The notes under the pieces: model-generated
Seen by the model: only the letters and a program-made list of their open reading frames with translations
The model's database searches: none
What the model was told of the DNA's origin: nothing
NCBI GenBank assembly: GCA_038883775.1
Contig: JAVZLM010000003.1
Location: 32,001 to 96,000 of the forward strand
DNA: 64,000 nucleotides
Direction: 5' to 3'
From: Candidatus Bathyarchaeia archaeon
GTDB lineage: Archaea; Thermoproteota; Bathyarchaeia; Bathyarchaeales; Bathycorpusculaceae
Translations under genes and position numbers: made by a program
Shown here: in pieces, positions 54,459 through 63,859 of the stretch
Position numbering within the stretch: position 1 is the stretch's first letter
Layout of the letters: every line of letters starts with the position of its first letter

Positions 54459-57400
54459 ATGGAGATGAAGGAACTGAATATCAAGATAGCAATTTTAGTA
54501 ACGCTGCTAACTTTCCTGACATTAACATTAAATGGCATAAGCGTAATAGAGGGGCAATGCGTAAACCAGGCGTCGCTCGAATGGAATCAAAGAGACCTTG
54601 AACGGATTCTTGATCAACAAGACCGGTTGAAAAAAATTGCCTATGTGAAAAACGACCTTGTCAGGTTGGTGTTGGGAGTTGATGCTCAAGTTTCATATAG
54701 CTATTTTAAGCTGGAAAAAGTTGTTGCCGCTTATAGTGGGCGCATAGTTAATTTAATCTCGATGAACAGCGAAGTTAAAGCAGTAACTGTTGAAATTCCA
54801 ATAAAGCGCTCTTCGATTTTTATGAGTGAAATAACTGAAAAAAAGATGGCAAAGTTTATTGAGCCTAACTTTAAATTTCAATGTCAGTTTGTTCCAAATG
54901 ATCCTTATTGGACACTGCAGTGGGGACCGCAAAAAATAGAAGCTCCTTGGGCATGGAACATAACAGTAGGTGACCCCTCAGTTCTTGTGGCGGTTGTGGA
55001 TACTGGAATAGATTATTCCCATCCAGATCTAGCTGCTAACTATGTCGCCCTTGGCAGGGATTGGGTGAACGGTGACCCGGATCCCATGGATGATGAGGGA
55101 CATGGAACACATTGTGCAGGCATAATAGCCGCTGTATTAAATAACGGCATCGGCATCGCCGGGGTGGCTAAAATTAAAATAATGGCTGAGAAAGGTCTTG
55201 ATAGAACAGGATCCGGATACACAGATTGGCTTGCGAATGCCATCATTCACGCTGTAGAAAAAGGTGCCAAAATTATAAGCATGAGCTGGGGAGGATACTA
55301 CCACAGCAAACTAATTTATGAAGCAATTAAATATGCTTATGATTCTGGCGTGCTTTTAGTGGCGGCCGCAGGTAACGATCGAGTAAATGCAAAACTATTC
55401 CCTGCGGGTTATAATGAAGTTATAGCCGTTGCGGCAACAGACGATTACGATAATGTTGCTTCATGGTCCAACTTCGGCGATTGGATTGAATTGTCAGCGC
55501 CGGGAGTGCAGATTTATTCTACTTATCCAAGAAATAATTATGTGTATTTAAGTGGGACTTCGATGGCGGCGCCGCATGTAAGTGGTGTTGCAGCTTTAAT
55601 TTGGAGCCAATTTCCAGAAAAAAGCAGAGACTGGGTGAGGATACGTTTACGATACACTAGCGATGACATCAGTTTTCCAGGTTATGATATTCGTTCTGGT
55701 TATGGAAGAATTAACGCAAGAAAAGCTGTTGAGCAGCCTCTGTTAAATCATGATTTAGCCTTTTACGATTGGGAGTTTCCTCCTTATGTAGAACCAGGAA
55801 GCACGGCAACGGTTAATTTTACAGTGTTGAATTTTGGAGCGCAAAACGAATACGATGTAACTATACAGCTGTTAATAGAGGGAGCCCTCACAAACTTTAC
55901 CGTTATAAGCTTCATTGCTAATGGTACATCTGAAACAGCAAGTGTTAAATGGAACCCAGTTACAAAAGGAAATTATAACGTCACTTTATATTTGGTTCCC
56001 GTATCTGGCGAATTTTCCATCCAAAATAACAGAGTTACAAAATTTGTTTATGTAGATTTTCCAAGAAAAGCTTTGGTTCTAAGTTCAGAAGGGAATGTTT
56101 TAAGTTTTGTCACCCGCAATTGGGATGAGTTAAATGCGAAATGGTCTTCCTTTGGAGATAACATGATCTACATTGATTATACAACTTTAAACAAAGAAGA
56201 CATAACGTACGAAGAGATTGCAACTACAAACGCAGACGTTTTAATAATTTCGAGTGCATGGACTTCCGAGTATGGATGGGAATTTACAGATTCAGAAATA
56301 GACGCTATAAAGAGATACGTGCTTGAAGGACACGGATTAATAGTTACGGAAGCTACATTTTATCATCCAGTTCAAAACAATGTTAAGTTAGCTTCGCTGT
56401 TAGGGTTAAACGACTCGTTAATCTGGAATTATACAACAGCCACCTCTCTCAATCTGATAGAACCTAGCCATCCGCTTCTACGTGGAATCCCAAATCCCTA
56501 TTCTTTTCCGGAAGTAACAACTATGATTTCTTTAGACGGTTTATGGGATGACAATGAGTTAGAAGGCGGCAAATATATTGCGCTGGGAAGCAATAAGAAA
56601 ACTGCAATAGTTGTCTCTGAACGTGGCCGCGTTTATATTTCGCCTTATCTTGAAAGTATAGATCCATCAGCAAGTCAGAATCATCTAAAGTTACTTTACA
56701 ACGCCATTACATGGTCACCTCATGAACTTTCGGTATCATTGGATGCGCCAAATTATCATCCTTTAGGCGAATCATTGCTGCTTAATGCAACAGTTCATAA
56801 CATTGGATCCGTAAATGAAACAAATGTTCTTTTGCAATTGATTATTAATGGTTCAACAGTCTGTTCCGCAGTTATTGCAGAGTTAAAAAGCAATTCTTCT
56901 TATACGATAAGCTACTTATGGACGCCGGAAGAGGGCGAATACAATGTTACAGCTTATGCTGCTCCAGTAAAAGGCGAGACTTTTAAAATCAACAATACTG
57001 AAACGAAAATTGTCAAGATATCGCGTTTTCGTGATGTGGCGGTGTTTAACATTTCAGCTCCGAATGCGGCTTATAAAGGAAGTATTGTAAAAATCGAAGT
57101 TTTGGCAGGAAATTTGGGAGAACTCAGCGAAACCTTTAATGTTACCGTATACTGTGACTATACACTTATAGCCACGCTTCCTGTGGTAGACTTACTCCCA
57201 AAACAAAATATAACATTAACACTTTGGTGGAACACTTCAGCGTTAACACCTTGTCATACGTATAATATTTGGGCTGAAGCAACATCGGTTTCAGGTGAGG
57301 TTAACATAGAAAATAATGTTTTCATTGGGGTGCAAGTGAAGATTAAAATGCTTGGAGATGTAAATGGAGATGGTAACATTAACATTTACGATGTTGTGTT

Positions 57401-57533
57401 GGTCGCGTCAATTTATGGATGCAAAGAAGGAGATCCCAACTGGAATTCAGAAGCCGACTTGGCTCCACCATGGGGATTAATCAACATATATGACATTGTA
57501 GTAATAACCTCCGTATATGGGCAAAAATGTTAA
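54459..57533 (+). CDS. Secreted S8 subtilisin-like protease with CARDB domains and C-terminal dockerin
   Basis: Signal and propeptide; VAVVDTG, GHGTHCAG, AAGN, GTSMAAPHV; tail GDVNGDGNINIYD...ADLAPPWGLINIYD. Confidence 0.92.
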   Translation: MEMKELNIKIAILVTLLTFLTLTLNGISVIEGQCVNQASLEWNQRDLERILDQQDRLKKIAYVKNDLVRLVLGVDAQVSYSYFKLEKVVAAYSGRIVNLISMNSEVKAVTVEIPIKRSSIFMSEITEKKMAKFIEPNFKFQCQFVPNDPYWTLQWGPQKIEAPWAWNITVGDPSVLVAVVDTGIDYSHPDLAANYVALGRDWVNGDPDPMDDEGHGTHCAGIIAAVLNNGIGIAGVAKIKIMAEKGLDRTGSGYTDWLANAIIHAVEKGAKIISMSWGGYYHSKLIYEAIKYAYDSGVLLVAAAGNDRVNAKLFPAGYNEVIAVAATDDYDNVASWSNFGDWIELSAPGVQIYSTYPRNNYVYLSGTSMAAPHVSGVAALIWSQFPEKSRDWVRIRLRYTSDDISFPGYDIRSGYGRINARKAVEQPLLNHDLAFYDWEFPPYVEPGSTATVNFTVLNFGAQNEYDVTIQLLIEGALTNFTVISFIANGTSETASVKWNPVTKGNYNVTLYLVPVSGEFSIQNNRVTKFVYVDFPRKALVLSSEGNVLSFVTRNWDELNAKWSSFGDNMIYIDYTTLNKEDITYEEIATTNADVLIISSAWTSEYGWEFTDSEIDAIKRYVLEGHGLIVTEATFYHPVQNNVKLASLLGLNDSLIWNYTTATSLNLIEPSHPLLRGIPNPYSFPEVTTMISLDGLWDDNELEGGKYIALGSNKKTAIVVSERGRVYISPYLESIDPSASQNHLKLLYNAITWSPHELSVSLDAPNYHPLGESLLLNATVHNIGSVNETNVLLQLIINGSTVCSAVIAELKSNSSYTISYLWTPEEGEYNVTAYAAPVKGETFKINNTETKIVKISRFRDVAVFNISAPNAAYKGSIVKIEVLAGNLGELSETFNVTVYCDYTLIATLPVVDLLPKQNITLTLWWNTSALTPCHTYNIWAEATSVSGEVNIENNVFIGVQVKIKMLGDVNGDGNINIYDVVLVASIYGCKEGDPNWNSEADLAPPWGLINIYDIVVITSVYGQKC

Positions 57534-57658
57534 AGCGTATTAACCTCTTTATTAAAGTGCACTATTTTATCCTATAATTTACAAATAAGTTATACTAGAA
57601 GATAATTCCAAAAGTTTTAAATGTTTTGAGGCGAAATTATTTTCGGGGAAGGGAGAGA

Positions 57659-60600
57659 TTGTACTCTTGGTTTAAATACTTGTCAGTTTTTTTCTTAATT
57701 GTATTTTTAGTGATGCCTTTGCTTTTCGTGTTTTCGGTCAACGCTTCTTCTAGTGTACGCTTATATCCTACTGCTGATTCTTGGGTTGAAGCTGAATATC
57801 CAAACGACAATCATGGCACTGACACTAGTCTGCGTGTCAAGTCCAATTCTAGGACTAGGCGGAGTTATTTAAAATTTGATTTAAGTTCTATTCCAAATGG
57901 TAAATCCGTAATTTCTGTGAAGCTTTATTTGTATTGTACTTATGCCGATGCTAATCCAAGTGTTGAGATTTATGTTCATGAAACTGGTGACGGTTGGACT
58001 GAATCGACCATAACTTGGAATAATGCACCCGCTGTTGGCGCTTCTATTACAAGCGTTTCTGTTGGCGGAACTGGCAAGTATTATTGTTGGGATATTACGC
58101 CTTATGGCCAAGCGCAGTATTCTGGTGACAAGATTTTAAGCGTTGTTGTAAAATTGCTTTTGGATGATCCTTCACAGAACAATCCTAGCTATACTAGATA
58201 TTTTGCAAGCAAAGAATATAGTGGAACTGGGCAAGATCCATATTTAGAAGTAATTTATGAGAATACTCCTCCAACAGCTTTGTTCACTTATTCGCCTACT
58301 TATCCTGTGGCAAATGAGACTGTTACTTTTGATGCTTCTGGAAGTTATGATCCAGACGGGTCCATTGTGAGCTATACTTGGGATTTTGGGGATGGAAATA
58401 TAACCACCGTGACAACACCAGTAATCGGCCATGAATTTATAACATATTCTAACTACACTGTCACGTTAACTGTTACTGACGATAACGGTTTGAGTGGTTC
58501 ATACTCGAAGGTTGTGGAGGTTGTTGACCCGGCTATTTTGAGGGTTTATCTTCCCGAAGGCGTTTATGTTAAGAAAAACACGGGTGACCCGTGGATAGAT
58601 GAGGGTTGGCTTCTAAATAAGACGGGTAACTCTTGGAGTTTCACGTTGAAGATTTATGATACAAGCAAATGCGTAACGTCTTATGATACGCATCTGGTCG
58701 TTGCCCTTAATGATGCTGCCTACAACAATCTTCAAACTTTAACTATAAATGGGACTTCTATACCCAAATCCACCTTCAAAAATGGTAAACCGAAGCCCTA
58801 TGATAAAGGATACTGGCCTAACTGTGTTTATCCAACATGGTTTAACGATACATATATTAATGTTGGAACAATCTTGCCTAAGGGCACTGTGAGCCTTACT
58901 GTTTCTGTAACATTTTCTGGTGCCACTGGTGCAAGAATGCATTTTGACGCCTACGGTTCTGTAGTTAATAGAAAGCCATGTTCTTGGACGGAAGTTGCAT
59001 ATTCTCCAAGCTCTGAGGATTCAACGGTTCTTTATCAAGCTGCTCCCCAACCCCTCACGGTTTCCATAACCCCAACATCAGCCATTATCGATTTGGGACA
59101 ATACATAACCTTTAATTCCATAGTTTCTGGTGGAACTCCGCCCTACAGTTATCAATGGTATCTTAACGGAAGCGCTGTGATCGGCGCCAACCAGAGCAGT
59201 TGGATTTTCACGCCTTCAATACCTGGCTATTATTTGGTTCATTTAAATGTGACAGATAATGTTGGCAATAAGGCGGAATCAAATGTTGCCGGAATCACAG
59301 TTAATCCGCCCATTTCAGTTTCAATTCAGCCTATTTCAAGTGTTATTGTTTTGGGCGAGTCGGTAAAATTTACATCAACCGTTTCTGGTGGAACACTGCC
59401 CTACAGTTATCAATGGTATCTTAACGATACGGCAGTGAGCGGAGCTAATGATCCGTCTTGGAATTTCACGCCAACAGAAGTTGGATATTATCTTGTTTGT
59501 TTAAAAGTAACTGATGGTTCGTCGGCAGTTGCGCTTTCAAATGAAGTAGAAGTCACTGTTAATCCTAAAACTTATACTCTTACAATCATAACAACTGCTG
59601 GTGGAACAACTACTCCATGTCCTGGAACGTATACCTATGTTGAAGGAACACTTGTTTTGGTCGCTGCCATTCCATACGTAAACTACAACTTTGGATATTG
59701 GGAACTAGACGGTGCCTATTACGGCACTAATAATCCAACAACAGTTTTAATGGATAAAAACCACACTTTAAAGGCGTTTTTCGCAGTAATTACTCGCACA
59801 TTAACTATTACTGCCACAACCGGAGGAACAACCAGCCCGGCTCCTGGGACTTACGTATATGTTAATGGTACATATGCTACTGTCACCGCCATTCCCTCGG
59901 CTAACTATCTGTTTCATCATTGGATTTTGGATGGTTCTCCAGCTGGTTCCGTTAACCCAATTAACGTTCTAATGGACAGAGACCACAATTTGCACGCTGT
60001 TTTCGCCATAATCAATTATACGCTTACAATAACAACAACAAGTGGTGGCACCACTAACCCTTCCCCCGGCACCTATGTTTATGCTTCAGGCTCTACAGTT
60101 CAGGTATTAGCAATTCCAAATGTAAACTACAAGTTTGTTAGATGGGAGCTTAACGGCAATAACATAACAACTAATCCAATAACAATTCTAATGAACAAAA
60201 GTTACACCTTGCACGCCGTTTTCGCGCCTTTAACTTATAAACTAACAATTTTAAGCTCCACGGGCGGAACCACAAATCCAGCGCCTGGAACGTACACTTA
60301 TCCTAATGGCACATATGCTTCTGTAACAGCCATACCAGATGCAAATTACCTATTTGACCATTGGCTTTTAGATGGTAACCCCGCAGGTTCAGCTAATCCA
60401 ATTAACATTCTAATGACAGATGACCACACTCTACAACCAATATTTGTATTACGTAATTACACATTAACAATAACAACAACAGCAGGAGGCACTACCAATC
60501 CAGCGTCGGGAGTATACACCTATCCAGCTGGAACGGTTGTCCAAGTTACCGCCATACCTAATACTGGTTACAGGTTTGATTATTGGGTTTTGGATGGTTC

Positions 60601-61252
60601 TCCGGCGGGCTCAGCCAATCCTATAAGCATAACAATGAACAACGACCACACACTACAAGCAGTATTCGCGGAAATTCATATTTTGACTATTGCTGCGACT
60701 GCTGGCGGCACAACAAATCCCACGCCTGGAACATACACTTATAACGTTCCAACCAACGTTACTGTTACGGCTATACCCTACAGTAACTACTATTTTGATC
60801 ATTGGGAATATGACAGTGTCAATATAGGCTCAGCTAACCCGATCACTATTTACGTGGGAAGCGTTCACAATTTACGTGCTGTTTTTATGCAGATAAAACG
60901 CACGCTAATAATAGAAACAACTGCCGGGGGTACAACTAACCCAACATCGGGAACTTACACATACTCCAACGGAACTACTGTGCAAGTCGCAGCCATACCC
61001 AGCCCAGGTTATCAATTTGATTATTGGGTTTTGGATGGTTCTCCAGCTGGTTCCGTTAACCCAATTAACGTTCTAATGGACAGAGACCACACCTTAAAAG
61101 CAGTTTTCAAAATTGCGCAACCACCGCCTCCATTTGGAGGGCGCTCGTTTTCGTTAGCTAAACCAGCCGCGACAATCTCCATCGCTACTTACTTCATTTT
61201 AGTCGCCTTGTTTGCTACGGCTTTAAGCTTTAGAAAACGCAAAAGAAAATAG
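57659..61252 (+). CDS. Adhesin-like surface protein: DNRLRE/CBM96-like, PKD, choice-of-anchor-N-like, PKD-like x2, ~7 InlB-B-like repeats, C-terminal TM
   Basis: PTADSWV...RRSYLKFDLS...ITWNNAP...FASKE; WDFGDG; MHFDAYG; repeated GGTTxPxPGTYxY...FxxW.LDG; TTG start at 57659. Confidence 0.78.
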   Translation: MYSWFKYLSVFFLIVFLVMPLLFVFSVNASSSVRLYPTADSWVEAEYPNDNHGTDTSLRVKSNSRTRRSYLKFDLSSIPNGKSVISVKLYLYCTYADANPSVEIYVHETGDGWTESTITWNNAPAVGASITSVSVGGTGKYYCWDITPYGQAQYSGDKILSVVVKLLLDDPSQNNPSYTRYFASKEYSGTGQDPYLEVIYENTPPTALFTYSPTYPVANETVTFDASGSYDPDGSIVSYTWDFGDGNITTVTTPVIGHEFITYSNYTVTLTVTDDNGLSGSYSKVVEVVDPAILRVYLPEGVYVKKNTGDPWIDEGWLLNKTGNSWSFTLKIYDTSKCVTSYDTHLVVALNDAAYNNLQTLTINGTSIPKSTFKNGKPKPYDKGYWPNCVYPTWFNDTYINVGTILPKGTVSLTVSVTFSGATGARMHFDAYGSVVNRKPCSWTEVAYSPSSEDSTVLYQAAPQPLTVSITPTSAIIDLGQYITFNSIVSGGTPPYSYQWYLNGSAVIGANQSSWIFTPSIPGYYLVHLNVTDNVGNKAESNVAGITVNPPISVSIQPISSVIVLGESVKFTSTVSGGTLPYSYQWYLNDTAVSGANDPSWNFTPTEVGYYLVCLKVTDGSSAVALSNEVEVTVNPKTYTLTIITTAGGTTTPCPGTYTYVEGTLVLVAAIPYVNYNFGYWELDGAYYGTNNPTTVLMDKNHTLKAFFAVITRTLTITATTGGTTSPAPGTYVYVNGTYATVTAIPSANYLFHHWILDGSPAGSVNPINVLMDRDHNLHAVFAIINYTLTITTTSGGTTNPSPGTYVYASGSTVQVLAIPNVNYKFVRWELNGNNITTNPITILMNKSYTLHAVFAPLTYKLTILSSTGGTTNPAPGTYTYPNGTYASVTAIPDANYLFDHWLLDGNPAGSANPINILMTDDHTLQPIFVLRNYTLTITTTAGGTTNPASGVYTYPAGTVVQVTAIPNTGYRFDYWVLDGSPAGSANPISITMNNDHTLQAVFAEIHILTIAATAGGTTNPTPGTYTYNVPTNVTVTAIPYSNYYFDHWEYDSVNIGSANPITIYVGSVHNLRAVFMQIKRTLIIETTAGGTTNPTSGTYTYSNGTTVQVAAIPSPGYQFDYWVLDGSPAGSVNPINVLMDRDHTLKAVFKIAQPPPPFGGRSFSLAKPAATISIATYFILVALFATALSFRKRKRK
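59925..61091 (+). repeat. Intragenic 63-bp identical repeat in non-adjacent InlB-like units
   Basis: 59925-59987 = 61029-61091. Confidence 0.88.
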
Positions 61253-61300
61253 ATGTTTTCGCCATTTTATTTAGTGTTCACCTAGTTCGGAGTTTAGTTA

Positions 61301-62254
61301 ATGAAGAAAAAGAAGGAGACTGTTCCAAAAAGAGAGAGACGGTTCACGAATAAAAAACTTGCAATAATTTCCTCAGCCATTATAAGCGTTATTGCTTTAG
61401 GAATAATGTTTTACCAAATTTTTATCATGGACCATCCGGAAATTAAATTTTCATTTAATGCTGCAATAATCGATCAGGTTGGAGCGAATCCTCCATCTGA
61501 CCCTGAAAGTGCACGCGAGTTTAATGAAACTGTGACTAGAATTTTAGAAGATGCCGGATTTACGGTGTTTTATTATAGAAGCGGAAGTATAACTGTCAAC
61601 CTTTACAAAGGGCTGGCAAAAAATAATTACGGACTAATAATTTTACGGGTTCACTCAGCTCTACGGGAAGGTGAAACTGAAATAGATTTTTTCACCTCTG
61701 AAAAGTTTGAAGACAACCGTTACAGAGACGAGCAGAATGAAGGCTTGCTAACAATGGGCAATTATAGCTGGCAACCTGGCGAATCCTATTTTGCAATTAC
61801 ACCAAAGTTTATAGAACGTTTAGATGGATATTTCCCCAAAAGTATAGTTATTGCAATGGGATGTTGGAGCCTAAAATCTAACTATGAGGAAATGGCACAA
61901 GCTTTTATCAAAAAAGGAGCCAAAGCCTATATTGGATGGACTGATGCCCTCAGCATGGCACATAGCGACAATTCAACAATAAGATTTCTTCAATACTTGC
62001 TGGAAAATAACATGACGATAAGTGATGCGGTAGATAAATGTAATACATTTCATGATCCAGTAATCTATTACCATGCAGAACTTTCTTATTATCCTTCACA
62101 AATCGGCGACTACAAATTCTCAGATTTTAAATTTGCCCTTGTGTACACATCTTCAATGGGAAGAAAGGGATTCTTTCAAAAATTGCCACTTAATTCTTTG
62201 AGGCGCTTAGCTACTACATTGTATAGTTTTTCTTTGAGCATAGTTCCAGCATAA
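61301..62254 (+). CDS. Membrane-anchored hypothetical protein, possible caspase/CHAT (clan CD) fold
   Basis: N-terminal TM; LIILRVHS, SIVIAMGC, AQAFIKKGAKAYIGW; 3' end overlaps the convergent gene by 79 bp. Confidence 0.6.
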   Translation: MKKKKETVPKRERRFTNKKLAIISSAIISVIALGIMFYQIFIMDHPEIKFSFNAAIIDQVGANPPSDPESAREFNETVTRILEDAGFTVFYYRSGSITVNLYKGLAKNNYGLIILRVHSALREGETEIDFFTSEKFEDNRYRDEQNEGLLTMGNYSWQPGESYFAITPKFIERLDGYFPKSIVIAMGCWSLKSNYEEMAQAFIKKGAKAYIGWTDALSMAHSDNSTIRFLQYLLENNMTISDAVDKCNTFHDPVIYYHAELSYYPSQIGDYKFSDFKFALVYTSSMGRKGFFQKLPLNSLRRLATTLYSFSLSIVPA

Positions 62255-62505
62255 TTTAAACTTCGAAGATTTCTTATCTCTTTTGCCAGTTCTCTATCTT
62301 CTAGAGTTTCATCTATCCATTTCTCAAAGTCTCCCCTATATAGGTGAAATTCTAAGGATTTTATGTTCACTTGATTTATTTTTTCCATGAATTCTTTTAG
62401 GGACGCAGCGCTTTCGCCTGTGTAGTTTCCTATTGAGGTGAAAAAGTAGAAGGCTTTTTCTCTGGGAACAGTCCTTAAAATTTTTGAGGCGCTTTCTATG
62501 TTCAT
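62176..62505 (-). CDS. DUF5752 family protein
   Basis: AFYFF...SLKEF...SLEFHLYRGDFEKWI..L.D.ELA pattern. Confidence 0.75.
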   Translation of the reverse strand: MNIESASKILRTVPREKAFYFFTSIGNYTGESAASLKEFMEKINQVNIKSLEFHLYRGDFEKWIDETLEDRELAKEIRNLRSLNYAGTMLKEKLYNVVAKRLKELSGNF

Positions 62506-62506
62506 T

Positions 62507-63040
62507 TTATTTCTCTTCCTTTATTTTGTGTGTTTCCCTTATAAGTGTTAACTTCCGTGGGTCATTTATTATTGAAAATTGGGTTTCCTTGAACTTTTTC
62601 GTTATTATTGAAGTACGAATTCTTAGGACCCCGTGGAGGGGTGCAATGGAGTTGGCGATGAATGTGTGGAGGTTTTCCTGGTTTTCGGCTACGACTTTGG
62701 CTATTATTTGGAGTTCTTCTGATAGGGATGTGTAAACTTCTAGGACTTGGGGTGCTGTGCATAGTTTTTCTGCAACTTTTTCGCTTTCTTTTGGGTCTGT
62801 GTAAATGGTCATTATGGCTATGATGCTTTTTGCTCCTGTTTTTTCAGCATCTATCACAGTCGTGTACTTCTTTATTATTCCGTATTGTTCCATCCTCTTT
62901 ATTCTGTCATAAACTGTGGAGTGGGCTATGCCTAAGCGTTTTCCTATGGCTGTGTAAGTTTGCCTTGCGTCTTCTTGCAAAACCTCTAAGATTCTTAAGT
63001 CTGTGGCATCTAATGCTAAAGCGTTGTTCTTTAATTTCAA
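62507..63040 (-). CDS. Lrp/AsnC family transcriptional regulator
   Basis: LDATDLRILEVLQEDAR...IGKRLGIAHSTVYDRIKRM..GIIK; C-terminal RAM domain. Confidence 0.92.
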   Translation of the reverse strand: MKLKNNALALDATDLRILEVLQEDARQTYTAIGKRLGIAHSTVYDRIKRMEQYGIIKKYTTVIDAEKTGAKSIIAIMTIYTDPKESEKVAEKLCTAPQVLEVYTSLSEELQIIAKVVAENQENLHTFIANSIAPLHGVLRIRTSIITKKFKETQFSIINDPRKLTLIRETHKIKEEK

Positions 63041-63312
63041 GGCGCGGTTCTGCCTCTCGCTTATTAAGGTGTTGTTTTTGAATTTATTGTTTTTGTCAGA
63101 AAAATAAGGAAAATTCTACATTTTTCCTTCAGAATTTTATTCCGAGTCTTCCGTAAACTTGTAGACAATTAGCCATTTTATCTACAAACTTTCAATTTGT
63201 AATTGCTTTGTCGTACATTTTTACAGATAAATTGACAAACAAGTTTAAATTTATGTGTGTGTAATAGAATATTGTTCTAGAGGATTCTATCAGAAAGGTT
63301 TGTGATGGAAAG

Positions 63313-63801
63313 ATGAAGATGCCCAGAGTTTGGGAAATCATTAAAAAGTTTAAGGATTTTTGCAAGTTTCATGGTTGGAAAACTTCTGAAACTGAAGATT
63401 GGGTAGAAGCTGACGATAAATATCACAATTTCCTCTGGACTAGGGATGTTCACCCATCCTCCTTCAAAAATATAGCTTCTCATAGACAATGCGTTGTTAG
63501 GGAAGGCTTGTCTTATCGGGTTGTTGAAGCCTATTACACAGCTTGGCTTTTCTCTGAAACACCATCAGAGACTCTTATGAAAGCAATATTTGAGAATCCA
63601 GATTTCTCCAAGAGAATAGCCATCTACGATTTAAGTCCATTGCTTGAAGGGAAAAACTTGTGCAGAAAACTTAACAATACAGACAGTTCTGTTTTTCAAG
63701 AATTTGAGAGTTTTCTAAAGAATGAGTTGAAGGTTGAACTCAAACCAATTTCGAATTTAGAGTTTTCTCCAGAAAGCTGTTCAGTTGCGGAGATGGCTTA
63801 A
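63313..63801 (+). CDS. Hypothetical protein
   Basis: 162 aa ORF divergent from the Lrp gene, normal composition. Confidence 0.7.
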   Translation: MKMPRVWEIIKKFKDFCKFHGWKTSETEDWVEADDKYHNFLWTRDVHPSSFKNIASHRQCVVREGLSYRVVEAYYTAWLFSETPSETLMKAIFENPDFSKRIAIYDLSPLLEGKNLCRKLNNTDSSVFQEFESFLKNELKVELKPISNLEFSPESCSVAEMA

Positions 63802-63859
63802 CAATAAAATTGAAAGGTTTGATAAGGGAAAACAGCGCTAAATATTATTGTGAGATGGG

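Noticed and set aside
59570-61110. CRISPR-like or non-coding repeat array
   Set aside because: The periodicity of about 220 bp is in-frame protein repeats with degenerate codons; there is no repeat-spacer structure
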